Both the position numbers and the translations under genes were made by a program. The notes under the pieces were generated by a model. The model ran no database searches. It had not been told where the DNA came from and saw only the letters and a list, made by a program, of their open reading frames with translations. DNA of 61,446 bases, the filler included. It is 5 parts of 5 records of this genome, joined end to end, with 100 filler letters (N's around TTAATTAATTAA, not from the genome) between each part and the next. Parts side by side here need not be neighbours in the genome. Positions count along the whole stretch, not along the records: positions 16,666 to 23,340 come from SRR31156797_951; positions 23,441 to 44,803 come from SRR31156797_955; 3 more parts are not named here. One strand, given 5' to 3'. Of the stretch, positions 17,508 through 27,712 are shown piece by piece. Position 1 is the first letter of the stretch, and every line of letters starts with the position of its first letter.

Positions 17508-20500
17508 CTAAAAACTTCTGTTAACAAAATCAGGTAACCAGGCAAGTTGTGAATCCTCAGCATCAATTTTCTTTAGGCAGCAATCATATTTTCCACTAAG
17601 CACTCTAATGTCAGGAACAAGCGAAAATGCATAAAAAACTGAAGCAGCATAGGTTTTCTTCACATAGCTTTCAATTTCTTCGAGCTTAACATTTTCAAGG
17701 CTATTAAAAAGTTCAAGTATCCTGCCCTGTTTATTCTCTTTTACACTCTTGATAAACTTCACTTTTTCCTTTCCAGTGAGTGCAAGTGTTTCATAGATGT
17801 CAGTTGCAGATTTTTTCATAGACTCTTCATTATTTGCTCCAACAACACCGTTTCTATGCAAAAACAACTGATGAACAACCTTATATCTTAATTCAAGTGG
17901 ATCGATATCAAGAGATCTCTTACCAAAAACAATTACCGGCATTTTAGCCTGAACTATTTTAAAGGCCTCTTCCTGAACATCGCTCCACGCTCCGTCTACA
18001 TTCTCGTCACAAGTCGAAAGTCTTATCTCTTCTATCATTCTAAGCAGTGTCCTTTGAGAGTTCCCTGCAAAAGGTTTGCCTGGACTTTTAATATCGCTCC
18101 GCATACCAGTTTCAAGAATAGATGAATATTCTAAAATATCCTTTTCTATGCTTTTAAAGCCGGCATTCTTAAGAATATCTTCGGTTTTTAAAGCAAAGAT
18201 CCTTGAGAAAAGTTTTTCATCAACTTTTGATTCCTGCCCCATTCCTTCAAGCACACTGTCCAGAAAGCATTTAAGTCTTATGTTTCCTTTTTCAAGTTCA
18301 GATAGCCTTTCAACTGTATAGACATCTCCATTATAAATAGACTCAAAAAGAATTTCCTTAAGAAGTTTCTTCTCTTCATCTAACTTTTCTTCACGTTTAA
18401 GTATTCTTGTTCTAAATATCTTCTTAGCAAGGCTGTCTTGTGGCAAACTAGAGATCATGCCTGCAACCTGTTCTGTTTTACCGTCTCGAAGAAGAAGGGC
18501 AATGTGGGTTTCCATTGCATCCTTGTCACCCTTTCCTGCAAAGAACTCTGAAGCTATGAGCTTGATCTTATCCGGTATATCACCATCATAGGCTTCTTCA
18601 ATCGCTTTGTAACTTTCTATTCCTAAAATATCAGCTTCAGTCAAATTTTCATTTCTTTCATTTAACAACTTCAGTCTGCTGATGGTCTGAGTCTCATTTT
18701 GCGGGATCAGCTCACGAACAAGCTTGTTTGAATCAGAAGTATAACCACTTCGTTTTAGAACATCTGCAATTTCCATCCCCTCAGAAAAACGAGTTTCAGG
18801 ATCAGCAAAGTCTCTGCTGTTAAAAAGATCTATCGCATTTTGAGAATAGCCGGCTTTCATATAGAGATCAAAAAGGATTGACTGCAGTTTTTCATCAGTT
18901 TCATTATCTCTATGGGCTTCAAGGCATCTTTTCACTTCACTTATTGCAGGATCAAGTTCATTCCCATTTTCAAGAATGCTGAGCATCCTTTTAAAAAGAT
19001 CAAAATTCCACTCTCTTTCAAGCAGTTCTTTAGATATCTCAAATGATCTCTGATCTTCTCCCTGACTAAAAAGCAGTTCCAGGAATGCCATTCCATCTTC
19101 ATGGTTTCCACTTTCCTTCCATCTCTCCTCATAAACTGGAATAAGTAATGTTTCCCGCTCTATCAGTTTCAAATAAGCTGCATATTTTTCAAGATAGCCT
19201 GCCTTTTCATCATCAGCGGTCGATCTGTATCTAAGTTTATAAAGATCTATCAAATTCTCAGCATCAATATTGTCGGAAAGGTCCGCTAATGTACTGTCAA
19301 TAAATTCGCATCTGCTCTTATCGTCCTCGATCTTTTTCGCAAAAGTAGTTCTTAGAAAAAGAATAGTTGAATAGTCTTTTTCCTTTTCATATATCTTTTC
19401 AAGAATATTTCTGACGATATCCATATAGTCAAAATCAGCACCGTTAAGAAGCAGGTTCTCAAACTCTTCCTTAAGCTCAGGATTTTCGCGTCCCTTGAAG
19501 AAAAGTGTCCAGATACTTCTTTTATCAGATGGTTCAAGTTTGAGATAATATTTGAGAACTGTAGCAACACCTTTGTAATGGCCTTCTTCCAGGTACTTTT
19601 CGATAAGAAGCATCAATGCTGTTTTTCTTGAAGAGTTCTTGATAAGGTTATCAATTGAGTACTTTTCACTGAGCAAACTCATTGCAAACTGTTCACCACT
19701 TCCAAGTCTCTGTGGAACAAACTCATTTTTCTCCTCATCTTTCCTGAAGAAATACAGATATTTCCAAAGAGAATTCTCGTTTCTCTTAAGATATTGGTCG
19801 GCGATAAAAGAAGCATCACCGCTTTTAATAAGATCTGCAAAAAGCTGAAGGTCACGCTCAATAAAAGTGCCCTTGTCTGTAGTTGAGAAATCAGGCTGTC
19901 CTTCAAGCATTCTCAGATTTTCTTTAGCCATTATATTGTCGGGAAACATTCCCTGGATCTTCTTAAATATCTCAACTGCTTCGTTTTTCATATTGTTGTC
20001 ACGGTAAATTATACCAAGTCTTGTAAGATAGTACTGCCGTGTTTCTGAATCCGTATGAGAAGTTTCAAGAAGCTGTTTGTAAAGGATGATAAGATTTGAG
20101 ATATCTCTTTCCCTAAGATAGATCTTTTCAAGATAGAGAAGGCTTGGAATATGATCCTCTTTGATCTCGAGTATCTCCATAAAACATTCTTTTGACCGAG
20201 TCATATCACCAAGTTCACGAAAAAAGATCGATCCTGTACGATAGTATAGATTTACAATGTCAGAAATATCTTTTGTGAGATCTATTTCCTTAAAATTGAT
20301 ATCCGTGAGCTTCTTCCAGCTTCTAGTCTGATAGTAGATCTTTCCGAGTTTTTTAATTGTTCCCAGATGAGAGTCGTTGATCTCAAGAATATTAAGCAGA
20401 TATTTTTCAGCAGAGATATAGTCCTTTTTATGAGTCATGAATGTTTCAGAGACAATGTTTAAGATCCTTATCCGTTCACTGGGCTCCTCGCAAAATTCAA

Positions 20501-21809
20501 GCTCTTTTAAAAGTGTCGCGATATATGAATCATAATCATGCATTTTCAAATAGATCTCAGACAGCGTTCTTACCACTTCAAAAGAATGTTTAAGAGCAAG
20601 ACTTTTTTCAAGCATATCTTTTGCGTCAGCGCTTCTATTGAGCTCTCTGTGCAAAACGTCACCAGCTTTGTAGAGATAATATGCCTTTAGCAACTTATCC
20701 TCTTCCCTATCTGAAAGATGCTGATAAAGATTAAAAAGATCACGCCACATTCCATTATCTTCATAAACTGAAAGAACTCGAGATAGACTCACCGAACAGC
20801 TCATCGGATCGTCTTCAACTATGTTTTTATGGATCTCAGTCGCAAAGTCGGGCATATCAAGTTTGTTTTCATAAATATCTGCAAGAAGCTCAAGATACTT
20901 AGTTCTTTCTGATCCAGTTGTTTTCTTTGCTGAAAGTTTATAGTACTTTCCAATTAGATGCCATTTCTCAAATTTATAGAGCAAGGGCGCTATCACATTG
21001 AGAATAAATATTGAATCAGTGCTTTCTGCAAGAGCTGAAACCGTGTTTTCAAGTCTATCTGCAACGTTGTTTCTGAAATAATAAAGAAATTCAACGAACT
21101 TAAGACTTGAAAATGAAACTGTCAGCGGGCTCTGGGTGACCTTATTGGTAAATGCTATTATCTGCTCTATATCAATGTCGTTGTACTGGACAATATAAAA
21201 TTTAAGAACTTCATAGATAAATGCGTGATATCCCGACTTTTCAAAGATCTCAAGCATCAGTCCAAATGCTTTTTTGATCTCACCTTTTTTCTCTGCTTTA
21301 ACTGCTTCAAAAAGCGCTGCACACATTGATTCAAAAGTGTTTCCAGTGTTTACATCCTGCAGATCGTCACTGTAGGCTGAGATCAAAAGGTTCGTTATTC
21401 CGTCTTTTTCAGTGTTTAGTTCTCTGAGCTCATCAATTATTCCCTGACGATCACTACCGGCATGAAGAAAAAGAAAGTTTAGGAAATCTCTGTATTTTAA
21501 AGCGTCCATGCCTGGTTTCAATTGACGGAGCTTGCTTAGAAGTTCTTCTTCCTTTCCTTTTCCAGAAAGAATTATCATAAACATGAGCTCAAGTTCATCA
21601 TCACCGGTCAGGCACTTTAAAGCTGCCTCTTTTGAGTCGGATATGAGCATAGATGGAAAGAAATCCCGAGGTATCGTGTCCATCAGTTCCTCAAGAGAAG
21701 AGAATTTTCCTTTTTCAGTCAGCAGTTCATCTTCACTTGCAAGAAGATGATCAAACCTGATATCAAGGTTCTCTAAAGATTTATCATCCGAGATAACTAT
21801 CCTGCTCAT
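17508..21809 (-). CDS. Giant tetratricopeptide-repeat protein (1433 aa)
   Basis: Repeated helical units (e.g. YLYKAGDVLHRELNRSADAKDMLEKSL, LYYRTGSIFFRELGDMTRSKECFMEIL). GGAGG RBS; tightly spaced between guaA and the yciO-like gene. Confidence 0.75.
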   Translation of the reverse strand: MSRIVISDDKSLENLDIRFDHLLASEDELLTEKGKFSSLEELMDTIPRDFFPSMLISDSKEAALKCLTGDDELELMFMIILSGKGKEEELLSKLRQLKPGMDALKYRDFLNFLFLHAGSDRQGIIDELRELNTEKDGITNLLISAYSDDLQDVNTGNTFESMCAALFEAVKAEKKGEIKKAFGLMLEIFEKSGYHAFIYEVLKFYIVQYNDIDIEQIIAFTNKVTQSPLTVSFSSLKFVEFLYYFRNNVADRLENTVSALAESTDSIFILNVIAPLLYKFEKWHLIGKYYKLSAKKTTGSERTKYLELLADIYENKLDMPDFATEIHKNIVEDDPMSCSVSLSRVLSVYEDNGMWRDLFNLYQHLSDREEDKLLKAYYLYKAGDVLHRELNRSADAKDMLEKSLALKHSFEVVRTLSEIYLKMHDYDSYIATLLKELEFCEEPSERIRILNIVSETFMTHKKDYISAEKYLLNILEINDSHLGTIKKLGKIYYQTRSWKKLTDINFKEIDLTKDISDIVNLYYRTGSIFFRELGDMTRSKECFMEILEIKEDHIPSLLYLEKIYLRERDISNLIILYKQLLETSHTDSETRQYYLTRLGIIYRDNNMKNEAVEIFKKIQGMFPDNIMAKENLRMLEGQPDFSTTDKGTFIERDLQLFADLIKSGDASFIADQYLKRNENSLWKYLYFFRKDEEKNEFVPQRLGSGEQFAMSLLSEKYSIDNLIKNSSRKTALMLLIEKYLEEGHYKGVATVLKYYLKLEPSDKRSIWTLFFKGRENPELKEEFENLLLNGADFDYMDIVRNILEKIYEKEKDYSTILFLRTTFAKKIEDDKSRCEFIDSTLADLSDNIDAENLIDLYKLRYRSTADDEKAGYLEKYAAYLKLIERETLLIPVYEERWKESGNHEDGMAFLELLFSQGEDQRSFEISKELLEREWNFDLFKRMLSILENGNELDPAISEVKRCLEAHRDNETDEKLQSILFDLYMKAGYSQNAIDLFNSRDFADPETRFSEGMEIADVLKRSGYTSDSNKLVRELIPQNETQTISRLKLLNERNENLTEADILGIESYKAIEEAYDGDIPDKIKLIASEFFAGKGDKDAMETHIALLLRDGKTEQVAGMISSLPQDSLAKKIFRTRILKREEKLDEEKKLLKEILFESIYNGDVYTVERLSELEKGNIRLKCFLDSVLEGMGQESKVDEKLFSRIFALKTEDILKNAGFKSIEKDILEYSSILETGMRSDIKSPGKPFAGNSQRTLLRMIEEIRLSTCDENVDGAWSDVQEEAFKIVQAKMPVIVFGKRSLDIDPLELRYKVVHQLFLHRNGVVGANNEESMKKSATDIYETLALTGKEKVKFIKSVKENKQGRILELFNSLENVKLEEIESYVKKTYAASVFYAFSLVPDIRVLSGKYDCCLKKIDAEDSQLAWLPDFVNRSF

Positions 21810-21822
21810 ATTAACCTCCGGT

Positions 21823-23340
21823 CTATTCCCATTCGATCGTTGCGGGTGGTTTGGAACTTATATCATAAACAACTCTGTTAATTCTCACTACTTCATTTAT
21901 TATTCTTGAGCTGACTTTTTTAAGAAAAGCTGCTTCAAATTCATACCAGTCAGCTGTCATAAAATCATCTGTCTTCACAGCACGGAGAGAAACAACTGAT
22001 TCATATGTTCTGCAATCGCCCATAACGCCGACAGTTTTAACCGGCAAAAGCACAACAAATGCCTGAGAAATATCGTCATAAAGACCTGCGTTTCTAATTT
22101 CCTCGATAAAGATATGATCAGCATCTTTTAGAACTTCACATCTTGCATCTGTAACCTCACCAAGAATTCTTACTGCCAAACCAGGTCCGGGAAATGGGTG
22201 TCTTTTAATAAGTTTTTCAGGAAGACCAAGTTTAAGACCTAGCTCTCTGACCTCATCTTTAAAAAGATCTCTAAGCGGTTCAACGAGCTTGAGTTTCATA
22301 TCTTCAGGTAATCCACCAACGTTGTGATGACTTTTTATAGTTTTTGAAGCTCCCTTTTTACTACTTGAGCTTTCAATAACATCCGGATAGATCGTTCCCT
22401 GAGCAAGAAAGTCTGCATCTTTTATTTTGTCAGCTTCTCTTTCAAAAACATCGATGAAAGTGTTGCCGATTATCTTTCTCTTTTTTTCAGGATCTTCAAC
22501 TCCTGCAAGTTTTCCAAGGAATTCATCTCTGGCATCAATGACTATGAGATTGACCATATCTTTGAAGTTATTTTCAACTTCTTCTCTTTCATTTTTTCTA
22601 AGCAGGCCGTTATCAACAAAGATCGCTGTGAGGTTCTTTCCGATTGCACGGGCTAGAAGTGCTGCAACAACAGAAGAGTCTACACCGCCGGAAAGACCGA
22701 GAACTACTTTTTTCTCGCCGATCTTTTTCTTAAGGTCTACAAGTGAAGTTTCAATATAATTTTCCATTCTCCAGTCAGCTTCGACCTTACAAACCTCAAA
22801 AAGGAAGTTTGAAAGCATTCTTCCACCTTCAAGTGAGTGAACTACTTCAGGGTGGAACTGAACTGAATAGAACTTCTTTTCATCATTTCCCATTGCAGCG
22901 TAGTGGATAGAATCGGTGTCAGCGATCTTGTAAAAACCTTCGGGCATTTTTGACACATGATCACTGTGACTCATCCACACCTGAGTTGTTTCTGATATTT
23001 TCAGAAAAAGAGGTGATTTAGGAGCATGGTTTTTTATTATTGCTCTTCCGTATTCTCGGCTCTCACCACTTTCAAGTGTTCCGCCAAGTTTTACAGCCAT
23101 GAGCTGCATTCCGTAGCAAATTCCTAGAATTGGTATGCCAAGATCAAAGATTCTGCTATCAACATCAGGAGCACCCTCGTCACTCACTGTGTTGGGTCCA
23201 CCTGAAAAGATTATTCCGCTTGGATTAAATTCTTTTATAAATTCCACACTTACGTCATAAGGATGCAATTCGCAATAAACGTGCATCTCTCTAATTCTAC
23301 GGGCGATCAGCTGATTGTACTGTGATCCAAAATCTAAAAT
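21823..23340 (-). CDS. guaA: GMP synthase (glutamine-hydrolysing), 5'-truncated
   Basis: The frame is open to the contig end (ILDFGSQYNQLIARRIRE). GICYGMQ, QFHPEV, LSGGVDS, HPFPGPGL and KPPATIEWE. Confidence 0.97.
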   Translation of the reverse strand: MLDFGSQYNQLIARRIREMHVYCELHPYDVSVEFIKEFNPSGIIFSGGPNTVSDEGAPDVDSRIFDLGIPILGICYGMQLMAVKLGGTLESGESREYGRAIIKNHAPKSPLFLKISETTQVWMSHSDHVSKMPEGFYKIADTDSIHYAAMGNDEKKFYSVQFHPEVVHSLEGGRMLSNFLFEVCKVEADWRMENYIETSLVDLKKKIGEKKVVLGLSGGVDSSVVAALLARAIGKNLTAIFVDNGLLRKNEREEVENNFKDMVNLIVIDARDEFLGKLAGVEDPEKKRKIIGNTFIDVFEREADKIKDADFLAQGTIYPDVIESSSSKKGASKTIKSHHNVGGLPEDMKLKLVEPLRDLFKDEVRELGLKLGLPEKLIKRHPFPGPGLAVRILGEVTDARCEVLKDADHIFIEEIRNAGLYDDISQAFVVLLPVKTVGVMGDCRTYESVVSLRAVKTDDFMTADWYEFEAAFLKKVSSRIINEVVRINRVVYDISSKPPATIEWE

Positions 23341-23440
23341 NNNNNNNNNNNNNNNNNNNNNNNNNNNNNNNNNNNNNNNNNNNNTTAATTAATTAANNNN
23401 NNNNNNNNNNNNNNNNNNNNNNNNNNNNNNNNNNNNNNNN
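23341..23440. other. Artificial contig linker
   Basis: N run, TTAATTAATTAA, N run. Confidence 0.98.
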
Positions 23441-23442
23441 CC

Positions 23443-23928
23443 GAAGTACAGACACACAAAAATATTTTTGGTGAATCCGTGACCGTCCCCATGGTTGGAA
23501 TCAACCAAAGCGGACAAGTTCGTTTTGAACCGGTGGACGGCATAGGGATTCAGACAGCTCTCGTGCACACTTGGAACATGTCTCAGGTCGTGATCAAAGG
23601 CTTTGTTTCCATCATCGAACGCCTTATTCCGGTGGAAATGGTGGGTGGACCGATCATGCTTGCCCAAATGGTCAGTAAAAGCGCCCAGAGTGGCGTATAT
23701 GATCTGCTCGGCATGATGGCTGTTATTTCCATCAACCTCGCCATCATCAACCTGCTACCCATCCCGGTATTGGATGGCGGTCACATTCTGTTTTTCACTT
23801 TGGAAATCGTTTTCCGCCGTCCGCTCAACGAAAAATGGAAGGCCATGTCCATGCGACTGGGTCTGCTCGTGCTGCTGTTGCTCATGAGTTTGGCAATTTT
23901 CAATGATGTTCGCAGACTGCTGTCATAG
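23443..23928 (+). CDS. rseP: RIP metalloprotease RseP, 5'-truncated
   Basis: GGPIMLAQ and NLAIINLLPIPVLDGGH motifs. Confidence 0.92.
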   Translation, partial: EVQTHKNIFGESVTVPMVGINQSGQVRFEPVDGIGIQTALVHTWNMSQVVIKGFVSIIERLIPVEMVGGPIMLAQMVSKSAQSGVYDLLGMMAVISINLAIINLLPIPVLDGGHILFFTLEIVFRRPLNEKWKAMSMRLGLLVLLLLMSLAIFNDVRRLLS

Positions 23929-23942
23929 AGTGGAGGCGACGT

Positions 23943-24731
23943 ATGGCTGCTCCCAAAAGAATCAAACCACACGACCTCCTTCTCGCCATAGGCGGGACAG
24001 AAGAACGCTTGCAACTGGTGCTGGGACAACCAGGCCCAAACGGTTGCACCCTGTTAGCCTCCCGCCAATGGACCGTTCCCGGACAGTCCATCCGGTTTCT
24101 CATTCCCGGCCTCAAGCAAACATTGGATAGCTTTGGGTTAGGAATAGACATTATCGCCCAAATTGCCTGTGTACGTGGTCCCGGCAGCTTCACCGGACTG
24201 AGACTCATTCTGGCTGCTGCCGAAGGCCTGGCGGCCGGACAAGGGCTCCCACTGGCCGGTCTGGACTACTTGCCACTCCTTGCGTCCGGTCCCGGCTCGC
24301 TCATCACAGGCCCACTGCATGTGTTGACTTACGCACGACGCGGGCTGGTGTATCTGCAATCCTTTGACGCCCCCAGCCTGACAGCACACGCCCCTCTGGA
24401 ATCACTTTCTCTGGATGAAGCCGCAGCACGCATGGCAGACTTTGGTGCCACGGCACATCTCATGGGCAGCGGCCTGCGCAAAAACCCCGATTTCTTCACA
24501 GCTCTTGCTGCCAGCAATCCCGGCTACATCCTGCTTGACGAACAATGGGACAGCCCATCGCCTGAAACTCTGCTCTCCGCAGCATACAAGGCAAACTTCA
24601 CGCAGGAGTCCATAGAGCCTGTGTATGTACGCCCTACGGATGCTGAAGACAATCTGGGTGCCATAGCCGCAAAACGAGGTCTGGATCCAATAGAAGCAAA
24701 AAAAAGATTGGAAGAACTGCGCAAGCAGTAA
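23943..24731 (+). CDS. tsaB: tRNA t6A biosynthesis protein TsaB
   Basis: GPGSFTGLR, ARRGLVY and EPVYVR motifs; follows rseP. Confidence 0.88.
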   Translation: MAAPKRIKPHDLLLAIGGTEERLQLVLGQPGPNGCTLLASRQWTVPGQSIRFLIPGLKQTLDSFGLGIDIIAQIACVRGPGSFTGLRLILAAAEGLAAGQGLPLAGLDYLPLLASGPGSLITGPLHVLTYARRGLVYLQSFDAPSLTAHAPLESLSLDEAAARMADFGATAHLMGSGLRKNPDFFTALAASNPGYILLDEQWDSPSPETLLSAAYKANFTQESIEPVYVRPTDAEDNLGAIAAKRGLDPIEAKKRLEELRKQ

Positions 24732-24808
24732 CCAACCTCCCCCCCCCCCCCACCATGACAGAGAGAGACATCTCACTGTCGTCAGTGTTCCATTCTTTCA
24801 TCAGTCAC

Positions 24809-24831
24809 AAAAAAACCGACACGAGGTCGGC
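24809..24831 (-). terminator. Putative intrinsic terminator downstream of dnaA
   Basis: Minus strand GCCGAC-CTCGT-GTCGG followed by T7. Confidence 0.55.
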
Positions 24832-24909
24832 ATAAAATTTCTCCCGGAACCGAGAGACCTCACGTGACTGATGCCTGAACGATTCCGGGAGAACATGTGG
24901 GGGGCGTTG

Positions 24910-26271
24910 TTACGGCGTAAGCCTCTGGGCAGTATTTTCTATCTGCCGACCCAACGGCGTCTGCATGGAGATTTCTCTCTCCAATTTGGTGATCCCCTTA
25001 AGTACAGTGGAATGTCTCCGGCCAAGACGTTCGCCAATGGCCTTCAATGACAACTCCGTATGTTTACGGGCCAGGAAAAAGGCTGTGTTACGAGCCAAAA
25101 CTACCTGCCGTTTGCGACTCTTTGACTTCAACTCATCTTCGGACAAGCTGTAACTTTTGCATACAAAATCGATAATATGCGCAAAATCAGGAGTGGAATT
25201 CTGAATAGCGTAATTTTCAAGTACTTCCCAAGCCAAATTCATAGTCACAGCGCGATTGAGCAAACGGGCCTTGAGAACAAGGTTATTCAAACAACTTTCC
25301 AATTGACGAATATCCGTAGTGATCCGTTCTGCCAATAATTCAGAGACAGCCACCGGCACATCCACCTGAAGCTTACGCGCCTTTTCCTGCACAATACGCA
25401 ATCGAGTTTCCATATCAGGACGATTGATGTGCGCCAGAAATCCGGAACAAAAACGGGAAACCAAGCGGTCATCGACGCCTTTGAATTCCTTGGGCATGAA
25501 GGAACTGGTCAGGACAACCTTGCAACCACGTTCACGCAGAGCGGTCATGGTACACAACAGTTCATCCTGCATCTTTTCCTTTCCCTGAAAGAAATGGACG
25601 TCCTCGAGCAAAAGCACATCAAGGCCTTCACGGAATTGCGTCTTGAATTGATCAATCTGGCGAGACTTAAAAGCCAAAACCATACGCGTGGCGAATTCTT
25701 CAGAAGAAAGACATGCGACTCGCAAATTCTTGCGATGAGCTGATTTGCACAAATGCTGCCCCACAGACTGAAGCAAGTGGGTCTTCCCCAGTCCCGGACC
25801 AGAACTCAAGAAAAGATGGTCGGAATTAAATGCAGTCTGTCCGATAGATTTGCTTGCTGCGCAGGCAAGCTCATTAGAAGGACCGACAATAAAATCATCA
25901 AAATTAAAACGCCAACTGGGTACAGTCAAAGGACGCGGCGACTGATCCAATGGCAAACCGAGATGCTGAGCAGCCTCGGGCCGTCTCCCCGGTTTCCGAG
26001 CAGCGGAACGAGGTTTACGTGTAACAGGTTTTTTCGCACCAACTTTGATGGTTATACGGGGTTCCCCGCCCATCACCTCAGCCGCAGATTCCCTGATGAC
26101 CCGAAGCAAGCGGTCGCGCACCCAGTTGGCAACGAATTCGTTGGGTGCTGTCAGAGTAAGCCTGCTCCCGTCTACACGACCCTGAAGTGGTTTAATCCAC
26201 ACAGAGTAGAGACTAGAGGTAAGGCTCTTTTCAAGAGAGAGCAGAATTTGCTTCCAGGCAGTATCGAGCAT
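24910..26271 (-). CDS. dnaA: DnaA-family replication initiator (divergent paralog-like)
   Basis: Domain I (WIKPL, APNEFVANW), FDDFIVGPSNELA, GPGLGKTHLL, RLVSRF, IRQLES and domain IV (KSRKRQVVLARN...HSTV). Confidence 0.9.
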   Translation of the reverse strand: MLDTAWKQILLSLEKSLTSSLYSVWIKPLQGRVDGSRLTLTAPNEFVANWVRDRLLRVIRESAAEVMGGEPRITIKVGAKKPVTRKPRSAARKPGRRPEAAQHLGLPLDQSPRPLTVPSWRFNFDDFIVGPSNELACAASKSIGQTAFNSDHLFLSSGPGLGKTHLLQSVGQHLCKSAHRKNLRVACLSSEEFATRMVLAFKSRQIDQFKTQFREGLDVLLLEDVHFFQGKEKMQDELLCTMTALRERGCKVVLTSSFMPKEFKGVDDRLVSRFCSGFLAHINRPDMETRLRIVQEKARKLQVDVPVAVSELLAERITTDIRQLESCLNNLVLKARLLNRAVTMNLAWEVLENYAIQNSTPDFAHIIDFVCKSYSLSEDELKSKSRKRQVVLARNTAFFLARKHTELSLKAIGERLGRRHSTVLKGITKLEREISMQTPLGRQIENTAQRLTP

Positions 26272-26878
26272 GCAGTTGGAAATAGTTTATCACCGTCCGA
26301 GAGACAATTCTCGTAATTCTATGTGAGGCCGAAGATCGGCTCAGGTTATCGACAAGGCCACCGACCGCTATCTTGCTGTAAAACAAGATAAAATCAGGAA
26401 ACCCGCACTCAGCCCTTCTTTTCACCGTTCTCCCCATGAAACAACCGCGTTACAAGGGTTTTCGGACTCTCAAATTTATCTAGAGAGTACAGTTTTTAAC
26501 AACTGTTGAAAATGTTTTAAACAGTTTAAAACTCAGATTTCATCAAATTCATCATTTTTACATTAAATTCCTTTTCCATTGATTATTTTTTATGACAGCT
26601 TAAACAATAGAAAAGCAAGTAAAAAAACCAAAAAACAACGATAAACACTTGAATTGTTTGCATTAAAACTAATAGCAACGATTCTTACTCTTCACAACGA
26701 ATCAAACACTTGTTGCGCAAAGAGGCCAAAAGCCCCGTCCCCCAAGGGCTGACACAGGACTGTCATTTTTGAACAGCATCAACATACTGAAAATTATGAC
26801 AAAAAAAAACGAGACACAAAAATGCCAAAAAGCACAAGGTGTCAGAGGGGCAGGATTTTATCCCGGCCTTTGGAAAAG

Positions 26879-27616
26879 TTACCCTGAAGATTTTTCGCGA
26901 GTCGGGTACTTCCCACAGGCAAATTTCGGAGATTCCGGACAATATCCCAACTGTTCGCACCGTGCACCACCATTCATGAAGATGGCAGGTAGCTTTTCCT
27001 TGCAGAGAGCAAGCATCTGATCTGCAACGGCTCGAACTTCCCATTGGGCACGATTGCAACACCGCAGGTGAAAGAAGTGATTCAGGCTGCGACAATTCAT
27101 GGTCATGACAATTTTCGTCTCCGCAGCCTGAGGCAATACAAAGCGAGCATCCTCGTTGGCTTTGGACTTACGCCCATTGGCTACTAAAATTTCACGCAAA
27201 TCTGAATAAGCGGACTGTACTTCTTCCATGAACAGCTCAAACCGTTCCTTGGCTTCGGGGATCTTTGCTATGGCTGGCGGCAGGATGTACTCCATATCAT
27301 TTTCAGCCACATACCGCTGACTCTGCTGAGAGTAGGAAGCAATACGGTGACGCACGATCTGATGGGAGCATGCTCTGGAAATTCCCTCAACAGCAAAAGT
27401 CATGGACACATGTTCAACGGGACTGTCGTGTCCAGACTCCATAGTCTTGGATACAAAGTCTGCCTGCACCTTGGGATCGATGTCGCCGGAGAGCAACTTT
27501 GGCCACATATCTGCTACAAATCCAGCATGATAACACTGGCGAAAAGCAGCATAAATAAGTGATAAAGCATCAGGTGTCATGGTCATGAATTCGACCCTGA
27601 GTTTCTTTTCCGGCAT
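26879..27616 (-). CDS. thyX: FAD-dependent thymidylate synthase
   Basis: GHDSPVEH, RHRIASYSQQSQRY (RHRx7S), EDARFVLP and AQWEVR. Start at MPEKK after AGGGAG. Confidence 0.95.
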   Translation of the reverse strand: MPEKKLRVEFMTMTPDALSLIYAAFRQCYHAGFVADMWPKLLSGDIDPKVQADFVSKTMESGHDSPVEHVSMTFAVEGISRACSHQIVRHRIASYSQQSQRYVAENDMEYILPPAIAKIPEAKERFELFMEEVQSAYSDLREILVANGRKSKANEDARFVLPQAAETKIVMTMNCRSLNHFFHLRCCNRAQWEVRAVADQMLALCKEKLPAIFMNGGARCEQLGYCPESPKFACGKYPTREKSSG

Positions 27617-27712
27617 GTAAAGCTCCCTATAAATGGTCTGTCTCGCAAACGAGATTTTGTGCTTACCGCAAACCGCAACGCATGTCATCAATCGACAGGG
27701 TATGAAAGTAAA

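Noticed and set aside
24739-24751. C13 homopolymer as a phase-variation switch
   Set aside because: It lies after the tsaB stop between convergent genes, outside any CDS or promoter, and its length may be unreliable.
24781-24808. Hammerhead ribozyme (minus-strand CTGATGA)
   Set aside because: No stem II followed by GAAA, and no matching stem III.
26763-27095. Small ORFs between dnaA and thyX
   Set aside because: They overlap thyX in other frames and show no motifs or RBS.
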